From positions 5,468,889 through 5,532,888 of the forward strand of contig CAVNZM010000012.1 of NCBI GenBank assembly GCA_963693365.1: a DNA stretch of 64,000 nucleotides, in the 5' to 3' direction. This document shows, in pieces, positions 1-10,361 of this stretch (positions are counted from its first letter, which is position 1; each line of letters begins with the position of its first letter). This DNA comes from Amoebidium appalachense (lineage: Eukaryota; Protista; Ichthyosporea). Both the position numbers and the translations under genes were made by a program. The notes beneath the pieces were generated by a model, which did no database searches, was not told the DNA's origin, and worked only from the letters and a program-made list of their open reading frames with translations.

Positions 1-444
1 GGAGGCAGCGGTGAGAGATGACACGTGTTCGGTCAGTCGGCGGTAACGGCTACATAGCGGTGCAAGCTGATTGGCCCTAACGGGTAGAATGTTAAGCTCA
101 GTCGTATGTATCTTTAGTGATTGGATATAGATCAGGTATAGTTATGAAGTGATCCGTAGTTATCAGTAGATAGGTGATATGATTGGTGGCTTTTCCACTG
201 TTCTAAAAATGTGAGTGAGCCGCGTACCAGCTTTGTAGAGCTGGCTGTGGGCGTCGTTCGTTCAGTTCTTGTTTTTAGAGCTAGTGTGTAGGTGAAAAGA
301 AAAAAGGGGAGGGAGCAACGTGATAAGGTAATAATTAGGCTGTTTGGGTGTTTTCTTGGTTTGGTGGCACCTTGTGTAAAGGGGCAGAAGCTGAGACCTC
401 AGTCTGATTAGTTGGTGCCTTACGGTTTGCTCTTGCTTTCTCTT
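1..444 (+). repeat. Split direct repeat A1 (truncated at window start)
   Basis: Identical by eye to 4909-5352, from ggaggcagcggtgagagatg to ttgctttctctt. Confidence 0.95.
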
Positions 445-967
445 TGGTTTTCGTTTTAGCGTTTGTGTGAGTGTCTGGCATCAGAGGTAAAAGGGATTTG
501 TAGAGTTAGTTGGTTGAACTAAGTTTGGTGGTGCTACTGTAAAAGCGCACAAACTAGTTGCCTTAGCTAGCTGTCCTTTTTTCTGTTGACTTCTGCAATT
601 GTCACACGAATTCTGGCAACTCAACGTTAACCAGCTCGTTCTCCTCATTTTCAAGGTTCCTTTTTTCGCTCTAGATATTAATACGACTTTTACATTTGTC
701 TTTTCCCTTCAGTATGTTGTTTAGCTCGCTAGCGCTGAGGAGTCTTGTAGAGTGAAAAACTACGTAAATTTTGTCTGTCTCTCTGCCTATACAGTCACAG
801 TGAACTTTCTGAACTCCAAGCATTACAAATACGTGCTCTGCTTTCCTTGACATGGGCAAGTGAGCCTCTCTTCTTCCCGAGCAGAACTCTCTTATATACG
901 ACATTGTGAGTCAATGCACGGTCTCTACTAGGTAGTCGAGCTCGGTGTAAACACACGGCCTCCCCCT

Positions 968-3900
968 GTGGGGAGGTGCGGGGGGTGTCACGGTGGCGCG
1001 CGTGTGTGTGGATGGACCGTTCGATGGCAACAAGGATGCCTAGGCCCAGCTTCCACAGATTCGTACCCCCCTGCGCCTCCCGCAGCTGCCCAGCTGAGGC
1101 AGGGGGAGGCCACGGTCCACAGCCTTCGTTCCCGAACACAGCTGCCACGGAACCAGCTGAGTTTGGTTCTTTCCCCTCGGAAGTGGTACACCGGTGAGCC
1201 CGTAGCCCCCCATGTTAGTACCCCTGGTGAGGGCGTCACGGGCGCGGCTGAGCCAGGCTTGTTTCCCCATGTGTCTAATGATTTACTTCCACTTCCCCTT
1301 TTTGTAGTCCCGCTGTTGCTTGATGGTGTTAGGTTGTCCTCTCCAAGAAGACGTGGGAGGTTCAACAAGAGATTTGCTGTGTTAAAGTTGGTTAATAGAA
1401 CCATAGCTGCAATCAACACGTTGTATAATGGGCCACCTGGCTCGGTAGAATCTCCTAGGAACGATGTTTGGCACAACATGCACGACACCTCTTCCCAGAA
1501 TCACACACACTTTTCAACATTTTCCCCTCCTACCAGCACACATTTTTTTCCCACGCCTTTTCCTAAATCCACGCACTTTTCTCATGCACCCTCACCGGCA
1601 CAGACACAATCCATTCAGCGAATTTTCGTTTTTTGCGCGGATATGCGCCGCAGGATCAGCAATGTCCCCTTAGCGGCTGTGTCTGAATCTTTCCCATATT
1701 TCAATCACTCAAAAGCTTTCACCCCCATAGTTGCTGAGCGTATTGCCCTTCCTCCTGAGGGGTTTGGGGCAACAGTTCCGCTCCTAGAGGTCCTTCCACC
1801 TGACCTCAAGGAGATGATGGAGAAGCCAAACGTGTTGGTGGTGGCGTCAAATTGCACGGGTGACGCGGTCGGACAGCCGAACGGTCACGGAGTTTGCGGG
1901 CTTGGGGGCGTGTTGGCAACTGAGAGCACCACTGAGGGTGCTGAAGGAGCCCACCCTTTGCCCGGGCGTCCTGTCCATGCATTTGCGTCGCCTGCGGAGT
2001 GGCCTATATTGGCTAAGCGTATGTATGTTTGTGGTATGGTTGCTTTTTCAGAAATTTCGGAGCCCCCAAAGATTATCAATGGTTTATTTGCGGTGGAGAA
2101 AGATGAGAAGGAAGACCGTCTTATCATGGATGCTCGCCCCATGAATGCAGTCATGATAGACCCGCCCAATCCGAATTTTCCCAGTCCGGCAGATTTGTGT
2201 AGTATCATTGTTCCGAAGGACGCAGCGGTGGTGGTGGCCAAGTACGATTTTTCGAATTTCTACCACCGTTTTCGGGTGCCAGACTGGCTGTCTTGGTACC
2301 AAGGGCTTCCGCCGGTTTCGTCTTCAGCAGTGGGACTGCCGGGTGTCGATAGGTTGGTGTATCCGCGGGTGTTGTCTATGCCGATGGGCTGGAAATGGGC
2401 ACCGTTTGTCGCCCAACGTTCTCACCAGCACATCACGCACCCGCCTTTACGTATCGAACGATGCATCCAATCGAATTCTTCACCGGCACATTCCATTACC
2501 GACCAATCGGATACGGCACATTTGATCTACGTGGATGATTGGGTGGGGGTTGGGTTGGAGGAATCTACTGTAAATTCCGAGATGACGGCAGCCGGGCGCG
2601 CTGGAGAGACACACGGATTCGAAATAAAACCGTCCAAAACGGTCACGGCGTCACGAGACCACCCGGAGACCGTAGCACTTGGGTTGGCTATAGGACGGGA
2701 CGGTGTTATTCGACCGGATGCATCACGGTTGGCGCGGCTACTAGCCGACACAAAGGCGGTTCTGTTCATGCGGGAGGTGGCTCCACGGGCGTTATCTCGT
2801 TTGCTTGGGGGCTGGAGGTGGTTGTTGCTTTTGAATAGTGCTTTATTTTCTGTGTTAGAGGCGAGTTATCAGTTTGCGTTGTCAGCCGGCCAATGTCCAC
2901 TAACGGCATGCCCAATCCCCTCTGCAGTCAAGGGGGAGTTGGCCCTGTTGGTGGATTTGGCACCTCTCATTGTGTGTGATTTGACGGCTGCTCCCGCCTC
3001 TCTTCTGTTGGCATCAGATGCGTCCACCAAGGGAGCAGGTGTTTCTATTGCGTCCGTTACGGCTGAGCAATCGTTGACGGCATTAGCACAGTCGGTGTCC
3101 AGACCCGGTTATTCCTTCTTGGGGCCTGTGGACGACACCGGTGAGCTCGTGATTAACGCCCTTTCAGCCGATGAATGTAACGACAGCACGAACCACCCCA
3201 CGACCGACGACTCTTTTCTGAAAGTAGTTGACGGTCTGCAGTGGCACCATCCGATATCTACTCCGTGGCGGCACGAAGATCACATCACCATCCTCGAGGG
3301 GCACGCGCTGCTATTATCACTACGACGTTTCACGCGAGCACCACAAAATCACAGCACCAGAGTAGCTCATCTCATCGACAACACATCTTTATTGTTTGCG
3401 GTGGCCAAGGGTAGATCGAGTTCACGACGGCTAAACCATCTGTGCCGGCGGGTGGCAGCACTTGTGTGTGCAGCCGCACTTCGACCGGCGTGGGTGTGGG
3501 TCCCTTCTGCCCACAATCCAGCAGACATGCCGTCACGTGACGTCGTCCCCTCTGCAAAAATCACGCATATGCTCAATCTCAATGTCACGGCTCCCACAGT
3601 GGCGAAATACGACAACGCCTTGAACAAATTCGTAGCGTGGTGTGTGGAAGATGGGGTGAGCACCTTCCAGTCGGTAGAGCAGGTGGATAACATGCTTGCG
3701 AGCTATGCAGCTGACATGTACGAAGAGTTGGGAGAGACCCGCAGCGGGCTCGCCCACTGCAAGACGGTGCTGTCAGCCATCCACCATTTCTATCCCCAGT
3801 GCAAGGACTCCTTGGTCCTGTCGGCCAGGGTCCTAAGGGGGTGGGACCATGCTAACCCGACCAATCACCACAGACCACTCCCCTACGACTACATGATTTT

Positions 3901-4507
3901 GGCAGTGTCGGCTCTGTGGGAATACAAGATGCCGCACGTAGCACTCTATCTGTGTATGTCATTCGCAACCTACACCCGGCCGGGGGAGCTCTCGCGGCGC
4001 ACGGTGGCAGACTTCATTCCTCCGAATGATCCACGGTTGATTGAAATCAATGCTCCAGCGGGCAGTGCAGTGTTGCTTCTTCCACGGTCCAAAACGGGCA
4101 ATCATCAGATGGTGGTGATCCGTGATCCAGTGTGCTTGCATTTGCTGCAGAAGCTCATGGCAGTGGGTGCATTTCCCCATGGCTCCCGCCCATCCGACCC
4201 TCTGTTTCATCCTGGGTACACACCATCGCTGGTAGCAACTCGTATGCAACAGAGTCTGACGGCTGTGGGCCTGGATAGCGACTTCTCATTGTACAGCACA
4301 CGGCACGGGGCAGCCTCCACAGCAGCACTCAGAGGGGAGGACTATGAGCAAATTCGTATCAATGGTCGGTGGCGTAATTTCACGACGCCTTTCAACCACT
4401 ACATTGACACGAACAAGGCCATGCTCCTGGCAATTTCAATGCCCGCTCATCTGTCAGCCCAGGCAAAATCCTTGGCCCGTAGGCCACACATGATTACGCA
4501 CGATTAG
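968..4507 (+). CDS. Fused reverse transcriptase - RNase H - tyrosine recombinase polyprotein
   Basis: RT: FAVEK..RLIMDARPMN, YDFSNFY, MPMGWKWAP, IYVDD (YVDD 2528-2539). RNase H: SDAS, ITILE, IDN, WVPSAHNPADMPSR. YR: TRPGE (R), SKTG (K), YSTRHGAA, GRW, HYI (Y). No internal stop. The track start is GTG and the first in-frame ATG is at 1478. Confidence 0.92.
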   Translation: MGRCGGCHGGARVCGWTVRWQQGCLGPASTDSYPPAPPAAAQLRQGEATVHSLRSRTQLPRNQLSLVLSPRKWYTGEPVAPHVSTPGEGVTGAAEPGLFPHVSNDLLPLPLFVVPLLLDGVRLSSPRRRGRFNKRFAVLKLVNRTIAAINTLYNGPPGSVESPRNDVWHNMHDTSSQNHTHFSTFSPPTSTHFFPTPFPKSTHFSHAPSPAQTQSIQRIFVFCADMRRRISNVPLAAVSESFPYFNHSKAFTPIVAERIALPPEGFGATVPLLEVLPPDLKEMMEKPNVLVVASNCTGDAVGQPNGHGVCGLGGVLATESTTEGAEGAHPLPGRPVHAFASPAEWPILAKRMYVCGMVAFSEISEPPKIINGLFAVEKDEKEDRLIMDARPMNAVMIDPPNPNFPSPADLCSIIVPKDAAVVVAKYDFSNFYHRFRVPDWLSWYQGLPPVSSSAVGLPGVDRLVYPRVLSMPMGWKWAPFVAQRSHQHITHPPLRIERCIQSNSSPAHSITDQSDTAHLIYVDDWVGVGLEESTVNSEMTAAGRAGETHGFEIKPSKTVTASRDHPETVALGLAIGRDGVIRPDASRLARLLADTKAVLFMREVAPRALSRLLGGWRWLLLLNSALFSVLEASYQFALSAGQCPLTACPIPSAVKGELALLVDLAPLIVCDLTAAPASLLLASDASTKGAGVSIASVTAEQSLTALAQSVSRPGYSFLGPVDDTGELVINALSADECNDSTNHPTTDDSFLKVVDGLQWHHPISTPWRHEDHITILEGHALLLSLRRFTRAPQNHSTRVAHLIDNTSLLFAVAKGRSSSRRLNHLCRRVAALVCAAALRPAWVWVPSAHNPADMPSRDVVPSAKITHMLNLNVTAPTVAKYDNALNKFVAWCVEDGVSTFQSVEQVDNMLASYAADMYEELGETRSGLAHCKTVLSAIHHFYPQCKDSLVLSARVLRGWDHANPTNHHRPLPYDYMILAVSALWEYKMPHVALYLCMSFATYTRPGELSRRTVADFIPPNDPRLIEINAPAGSAVLLLPRSKTGNHQMVVIRDPVCLHLLQKLMAVGAFPHGSRPSDPLFHPGYTPSLVATRMQQSLTAVGLDSDFSLYSTRHGAASTAALRGEDYEQIRINGRWRNFTTPFNHYIDTNKAMLLAISMPAHLSAQAKSLARRPHMITHD

Positions 4508-4588
4508 CAGCTACAGGCTTCTACTACACACACCCAACACACATTATTTAAAAGACACAATCACAAAATAAAAACAAGTAGGGTAGGT

Positions 4589-4890
4589 TTGGATAGATGA
4601 AGGGGTTCTTTCGGCCATTGTGTGCTGGAAGTGCTGTTCCTTCAATAGCCTATCATACACACACAAACACACACACATACACACACACACACGTGTGCAC
4701 ACACACACAGTGTTCTGGGGTTTAGGGGGTTTATCCGGGGGTTTTTGGGGTTTTCTGATCAGATACTGATATTATTTATTAGGGCTAAAATCAATAATAA
4801 AATTCCTCACTGACTTGCATTTCTGCTTCTCTTTGTCTCGGTCACCTCGGGGAGCCACGACGGGAGTGAGGGGAAGTCTTGCCTCCGGCA
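4589..4890 (+). repeat. Split direct repeat B1
   Basis: 302 bp matching 5368-5669, with one visible T/G difference in the G/T tract. Confidence 0.95.
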
Positions 4891-5352
4891 TGTTGTTCTC
4901 GAGCGGGAGGAGGCAGCGGTGAGAGATGACACGTGTTCGGTCAGTCGGCGGTAACGGCTACATAGCGGTGCAAGCTGATTGGCCCTAACGGGTAGAATGT
5001 TAAGCTCAGTCGTATGTATCTTTAGTGATTGGATATAGATCAGGTATAGTTATGAAGTGATCCGTAGTTATCAGTAGATAGGTGATATGATTGGTGGCTT
5101 TTCCACTGTTCTAAAAATGTGAGTGAGCCGCGTACCAGCTTTGTAGAGCTGGCTGTGGGCGTCGTTCGTTCAGTTCTTGTTTTTAGAGCTAGTGTGTAGG
5201 TGAAAAGAAAAAAGGGGAGGGAGCAACGTGATAAGGTAATAATTAGGCTGTTTGGGTGTTTTCTTGGTTTGGTGGCACCTTGTGTAAAGGGGCAGAAGCT
5301 GAGACCTCAGTCTGATTAGTTGGTGCCTTACGGTTTGCTCTTGCTTTCTCTT
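4891..5352 (+). repeat. Split direct repeat A2
   Basis: 4909-5352 equals 1-444. 4891-4908 is presumed to be the first 18 bp of A, whose A1 counterpart lies outside the window. Confidence 0.9.
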
Positions 5353-5367
5353 CCCTCCCACCCACCC

Positions 5368-5669
5368 TTGGATAGATGAAGGGGTTCTTTCGGCCATTGT
5401 GTGCTGGAAGTGCTGTTCCTTCAATAGCCTATCATACACACACAAACACACACACATACACACACACACACGTGTGCACACACACACAGTGTTCTGGGGT
5501 TTAGGGGGTTTATCCGGGGGTTTTGGGGGTTTTCTGATCAGATACTGATATTATTTATTAGGGCTAAAATCAATAATAAAATTCCTCACTGACTTGCATT
5601 TCTGCTTCTCTTTGTCTCGGTCACCTCGGGGAGCCACGACGGGAGTGAGGGGAAGTCTTGCCTCCGGCA
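5368..5669 (+). repeat. Split direct repeat B2 (3' end of element)
   Basis: Matches 4589-4890. Identity stops after ...gcctccggca. Confidence 0.95.
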
Positions 5670-5856
5670 ATCCTTGTTACATTGCCGCCATTTCCCTTTA
5701 CATTTTGTGCGTGACTTTGAGCCATTGAACGCACGTCGTTTGAGATAAACCGCGCTTTAGCGTTTTATCTGCAAACGGATCGGTCAGAGTGGATCGCCAA
5801 TCAAAAAGCGACCAAAAACCAGTTTACGCCATGCGGGACTGGATTATAACAGGTGC

Positions 5857-6081
5857 GATCACGGCCAAGGTGCAAGGTTATCGACAATATATCGTAGGTA
5901 AAGGGGCTCGCTACACACCAACAAAGGAGGTTCGTTTTTTCTCTTGACTGGGATTTATTGATCAGTGGTCGATCACGGCCAAGGTGCAAGGTTATCGACA
6001 ATATATCGTAGGTAAAAGGGGCTACACACCAACAAAGGAGGTTCGTTTTTTCTCTTGACTGGGATTTATTGATCAGTGGTC
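5857..6081. repeat. Tandem duplication of a ~112-bp unit (2 copies)
   Basis: gatcacggccaagg...atcagtggtc at 5857-5970 and 5971-6081, differing by a small indel (ggggctcgctac vs aggggctac). Confidence 0.9.
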
Positions 6082-8156
6082 CAGTGGATATGAAGGCAAC
6101 GTGCAGCCACAGGCTACATGACCACCAAAATAACCGACTTCGAAAGAGCCACAGCGATGAAATAAAAAATAAAACAACAAGTGACCAAAGGACACCAGCG
6201 GGCAAAGGTACAAGTGCACGTGTATGCGTGAAACTAGTTTGCTCCAACTAGTCATATGCAGCGATGATGACCAGGCCACACTCCGAAAAGAAGACATCAT
6301 TACTGCTGCCCCGGCAACAGGCCCCCCTCCAAACCTACCGGGGCACAGCAAGCAAGTCAGCCCTTTAAAGAGCAATGCAGACCAACTTATCCGAGCGAGA
6401 AAACAATCCCCACGGGCCCGTCCCCTAGAAAGCCCGCAGAAGCTGTCTCTAACTCTTTGATAAGGTGGCCTAGTTGTGGCAGGACACACAGGAAAGCACA
6501 TTGTCAACTACAGAATGCATGCAAGCAAACCCAGTCATTGCCATACTGCTGAAGGCTAAAAACACGGCAGCCACAAGGAAAGCTCCTTGGCGACCTCACA
6601 GTAGCTACCCCTCCACTCACGCAGTGCAGAAGCAGTTGAAGAAGTTGCAGCAGCCCACCGCCAATAGATAGCTCGCGTAGAAGCGTAGATAGCGTGTAGG
6701 AGTCACCGTAAGTTGCAGTGGGCCACCAGATGTCGAAGAAACCACTCCTCGAGCGAGAAACTCCGCGAAAGGGAGATGTCCCCACACTCTCACAGTAGTA
6801 TACGTAGGAATAGACAAGGCGGCACTACACACACACAGTGTCACGTTCCCCTGAGTGGGACCCCTTCCCACCACAAAAAGAAAAAAAGAAAGCCTTTATA
6901 TACCTGCCATGGTGATGAATCGGGGGAAAAAAGTTGACGTGACAGCTAAAAGATCGAAGTAAAAGTGAACTCGTGTGAATTTTGGTCGATAGTCTAATAG
7001 CGGGAACACTCGATTGAAATTGGATGAAGATCTAGGATGAATATGTGCATTTTGGTCTGTCGCCGAAAACAACATACACGAAGTTTAGGAACGGGCCGAG
7101 GAAGGGCCGAGGACAGGCCTGGTAGCCTAGATTTGGATAGCGGGGTACAGTATGCGTATCATTCAGTCACAGCGCTGCAGCAGAGTCTCAGGCCTTCACA
7201 AAAAGGTCGCCGTACCAAGTCAGCTCCTTCAAGTCTGACGAACATTGGCAGCACGTTCTATATTAGTGCCGCCCACAACAGCACACAAGCCCGGTCTAGG
7301 TCTAGGGATAAAGCTAAAGCCCAGATCTAATAGAACGCTTTCACACGGGACCCCCTTAAGTAATTACGTACGGCAAAGAATGACAAGTGGGCGCACTTTG
7401 CGTACAAACCCTGAACAGACACTTGGGGCTGGGGAGACATGGTAGTGGGCAATGACAAAGTTTTGAACGAGCATACCTTGGAAACCATGAGAATTCAACA
7501 TCAGTTGTCAGCAGCTGGACCTCCGGTTTTTTTGTGCTTTCTGAGCCCTTGCAAACGTCCCGTTTGTGGAGGGGTCAACTCCATATTTTCATGTTCGCCT
7601 TTCAACTAGTGGTGTAGGTAACTGTCCCCTCCCCGCCTCCCTCCCCCTCCGGTCCCCTCCCCCCCCCCTCCCCCCCCCCCCCCCCCTCCCCCCTTCCTTC
7701 CCCTCCGGTTCCCTCCCTCTTCCGAAAGTTTCATCTCTACCCCACGCCCACCTTTCCCCATGTCTTGACGGATGGACGTTCACCTACTTTCCACGACAAC
7801 ATGTGTGTCCAGCACTTTCGGGTATTCCTCCCATTCTCCACTTCCTCTCTCTAACTACTCGGTAGTAAGGGCAGTGTGCATCTGACCACGGTTTCCTTGT
7901 CTTCATTGCAACCGTTGCACTTCCCCTTTGGCTCCGACCCTAACACGTGAAAGCTATTCGTTCAAATTCTCTACAGCGATCCCCCCCTCCCCCTCCTTTT
8001 CTGGCATTACCTCCTTCAGCAAAACTCACATTCCACCAAAGTTACCATCAGCAGAAGCAATAAGCTTCCAAGCACACATGCAAAGCCCCCGCCCCCCTCC
8101 CACCCCCCTCCCACCCCTTCCGCCCCCCCCCCACACACACACACATGCATAGACAC

Positions 8157-8222
<66 letters not shown>

Positions 8223-8304
8223 TCACACACTCACTCACACATACACGCACACACACACACATGTACACACACGCACGCACGCACACGCACATGCACACAC
8301 GCCC

Positions 8305-8355
<51 letters not shown>

Positions 8356-9384
8356 AAACACACACATACACATATACGTCACGCGACACATACATAGTAG
8401 CCGTGTGCATGCCTAGGCCGATGCAGTTGCCCGTGAACTAACAATGATCTACGTTTATCTGGAACCACTATGGTATGCCTATCAATAAACGTGAACAGAT
8501 ACAAGCAACCAACAACACACACGCTTGCAAGGACTACATTGTAATGCACACACACGCGCGCGCGCACACACACACACAGACAGACAGACAGACATACGTG
8601 GCTCGCTGCACGCACACACACACACTCCGGTGTCACACAGGCATGCTCGCACTCATGCACACACACACACACAACGTTACGTTCGTTCCTTGTTCGTATA
8701 CACAGTACACTCCTAAACTCCAAGTTACAGTCTGGCGTCTGCTTCCGCGCAATACACACATAGGTTAGAGAAACCTATCACTGACACACCGTGCATAGTT
8801 GTTACGACGGTTATTCACGCACACACGTTCAGGCACACACTCAGAAACTTGCGCAAGTGCTGTGCCCAAGGCAAAATAGATGCTGGCAGTGATGCTTTAG
8901 CTACACTGGTGTGGTTGATAGAGCCCGAAGTTATGATGGGGTTGAGCCCCAGATTTGCAGCCCTGTTAGCCTTCAATAATCGTAAGTATTCAAAGGCATC
9001 ACGGTGGGGTGGGGGCCCACTGGTGTGTCCCGTTCTGTGTGCACTCTACGTGTATGATGTTCTAGCGCACATGCCTGCCTGTGCGTGGCTACGATGTTTT
9101 CCTCCAAAGAGTGGGTGTGGGCCATGGAACGGTGTATCTACAAGCAATATGTGTTACCGCACAATATGTATGTGGGAACACCTGGCGGTCTGGAAGGTGT
9201 GGGCTAAGGGATGGAATAATACTTCTTTGGGCCATGGGCAAGTTGAGCCGAGTGAATAACTTCTTTTACATCTACCTACCACGGTAGCTGGAAACACGTG
9301 TGGGGGATGTGCCGCAGTACACTGTTTGAACAGTAGTGCATACACATGAGGCTTATATCAGCCCCCCCTCCCCCCCTCCCCCCG

Positions 9385-9485
<101 letters not shown>

Positions 9486-10077
9486 TTAGAGAAATAACCA
9501 GACAGACAGAGAGAGACACTGAGAGAGAGCCAGAGAGAGAGACTGATATATATATATCATAGTATATATATATATATATATCAAGAGGGAGGGAGAGAGA
9601 GAAATCCAACATATGTGCACGTGTTTACTTAGTACGTACATGAGTGTGTGTGTGAGTGAGTGCCCGCGTGAGCGCGCGCGCGTGTGTGTGCGTGATAGTG
9701 TGTGTGTGCAATTGTGTTTTCGAGGAGCACGGAAGCTATCTATTGAACCGAAGGAGGGAGAGGCGATGCAATCAGACAACTTGAACATATTGATAAGTTC
9801 ATTTTACCATGTCTTGTTCCCGGAGGACCTTTGCAGGCCCCCAAGCGAAGGAACTACCGTGTACCACACAGCAACGATAGTACACTAGTTAGGGTGCTAT
9901 CCATGTGCTCAGCTAAGCTAGACCATCAATTACAAACCTAACTATTATTATTAGTACACACTTTGCCCAGGGTTACTACCCCGCTTGAACATATGTGATT
10001 TGTTTATTATTCTATCATAATAAACCATTCGAGTTTGAATACACAAACACGCCCTCGCCCTCCCTTCTCCCTCACTC

Positions 10078-10361
<284 letters not shown>

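Larger units (their letters stand above)
1..5669 (+). mobile_element. Tyrosine-recombinase (DIRS-order, Ngaro/PAT-like structure) retrotransposon with split direct repeats; 5' end slightly cut by the window edge
   Basis: RT, RNase H and YR motifs in ORF 968-4507. Repeats are arranged A1 (1-444), ORF, B1 (4589-4890), A2 (4891/4909-5352), B2 (5368-5669), the known split-direct-repeat layout of Ngaro/PAT elements. Confidence 0.93.

Noticed and set aside
4292-4303. YSTR instead of HxxR read as an inactive recombinase
   Set aside because: Tyr at this position is a tolerated variant in tyrosine recombinases, and R, K, R, W and Y are all present.
6069-7560. Short ORFs with a coding-like look downstream of the retrotransposon
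   Set aside because: No recognisable motif and frequent stops. It may be a decayed element but cannot be supported.
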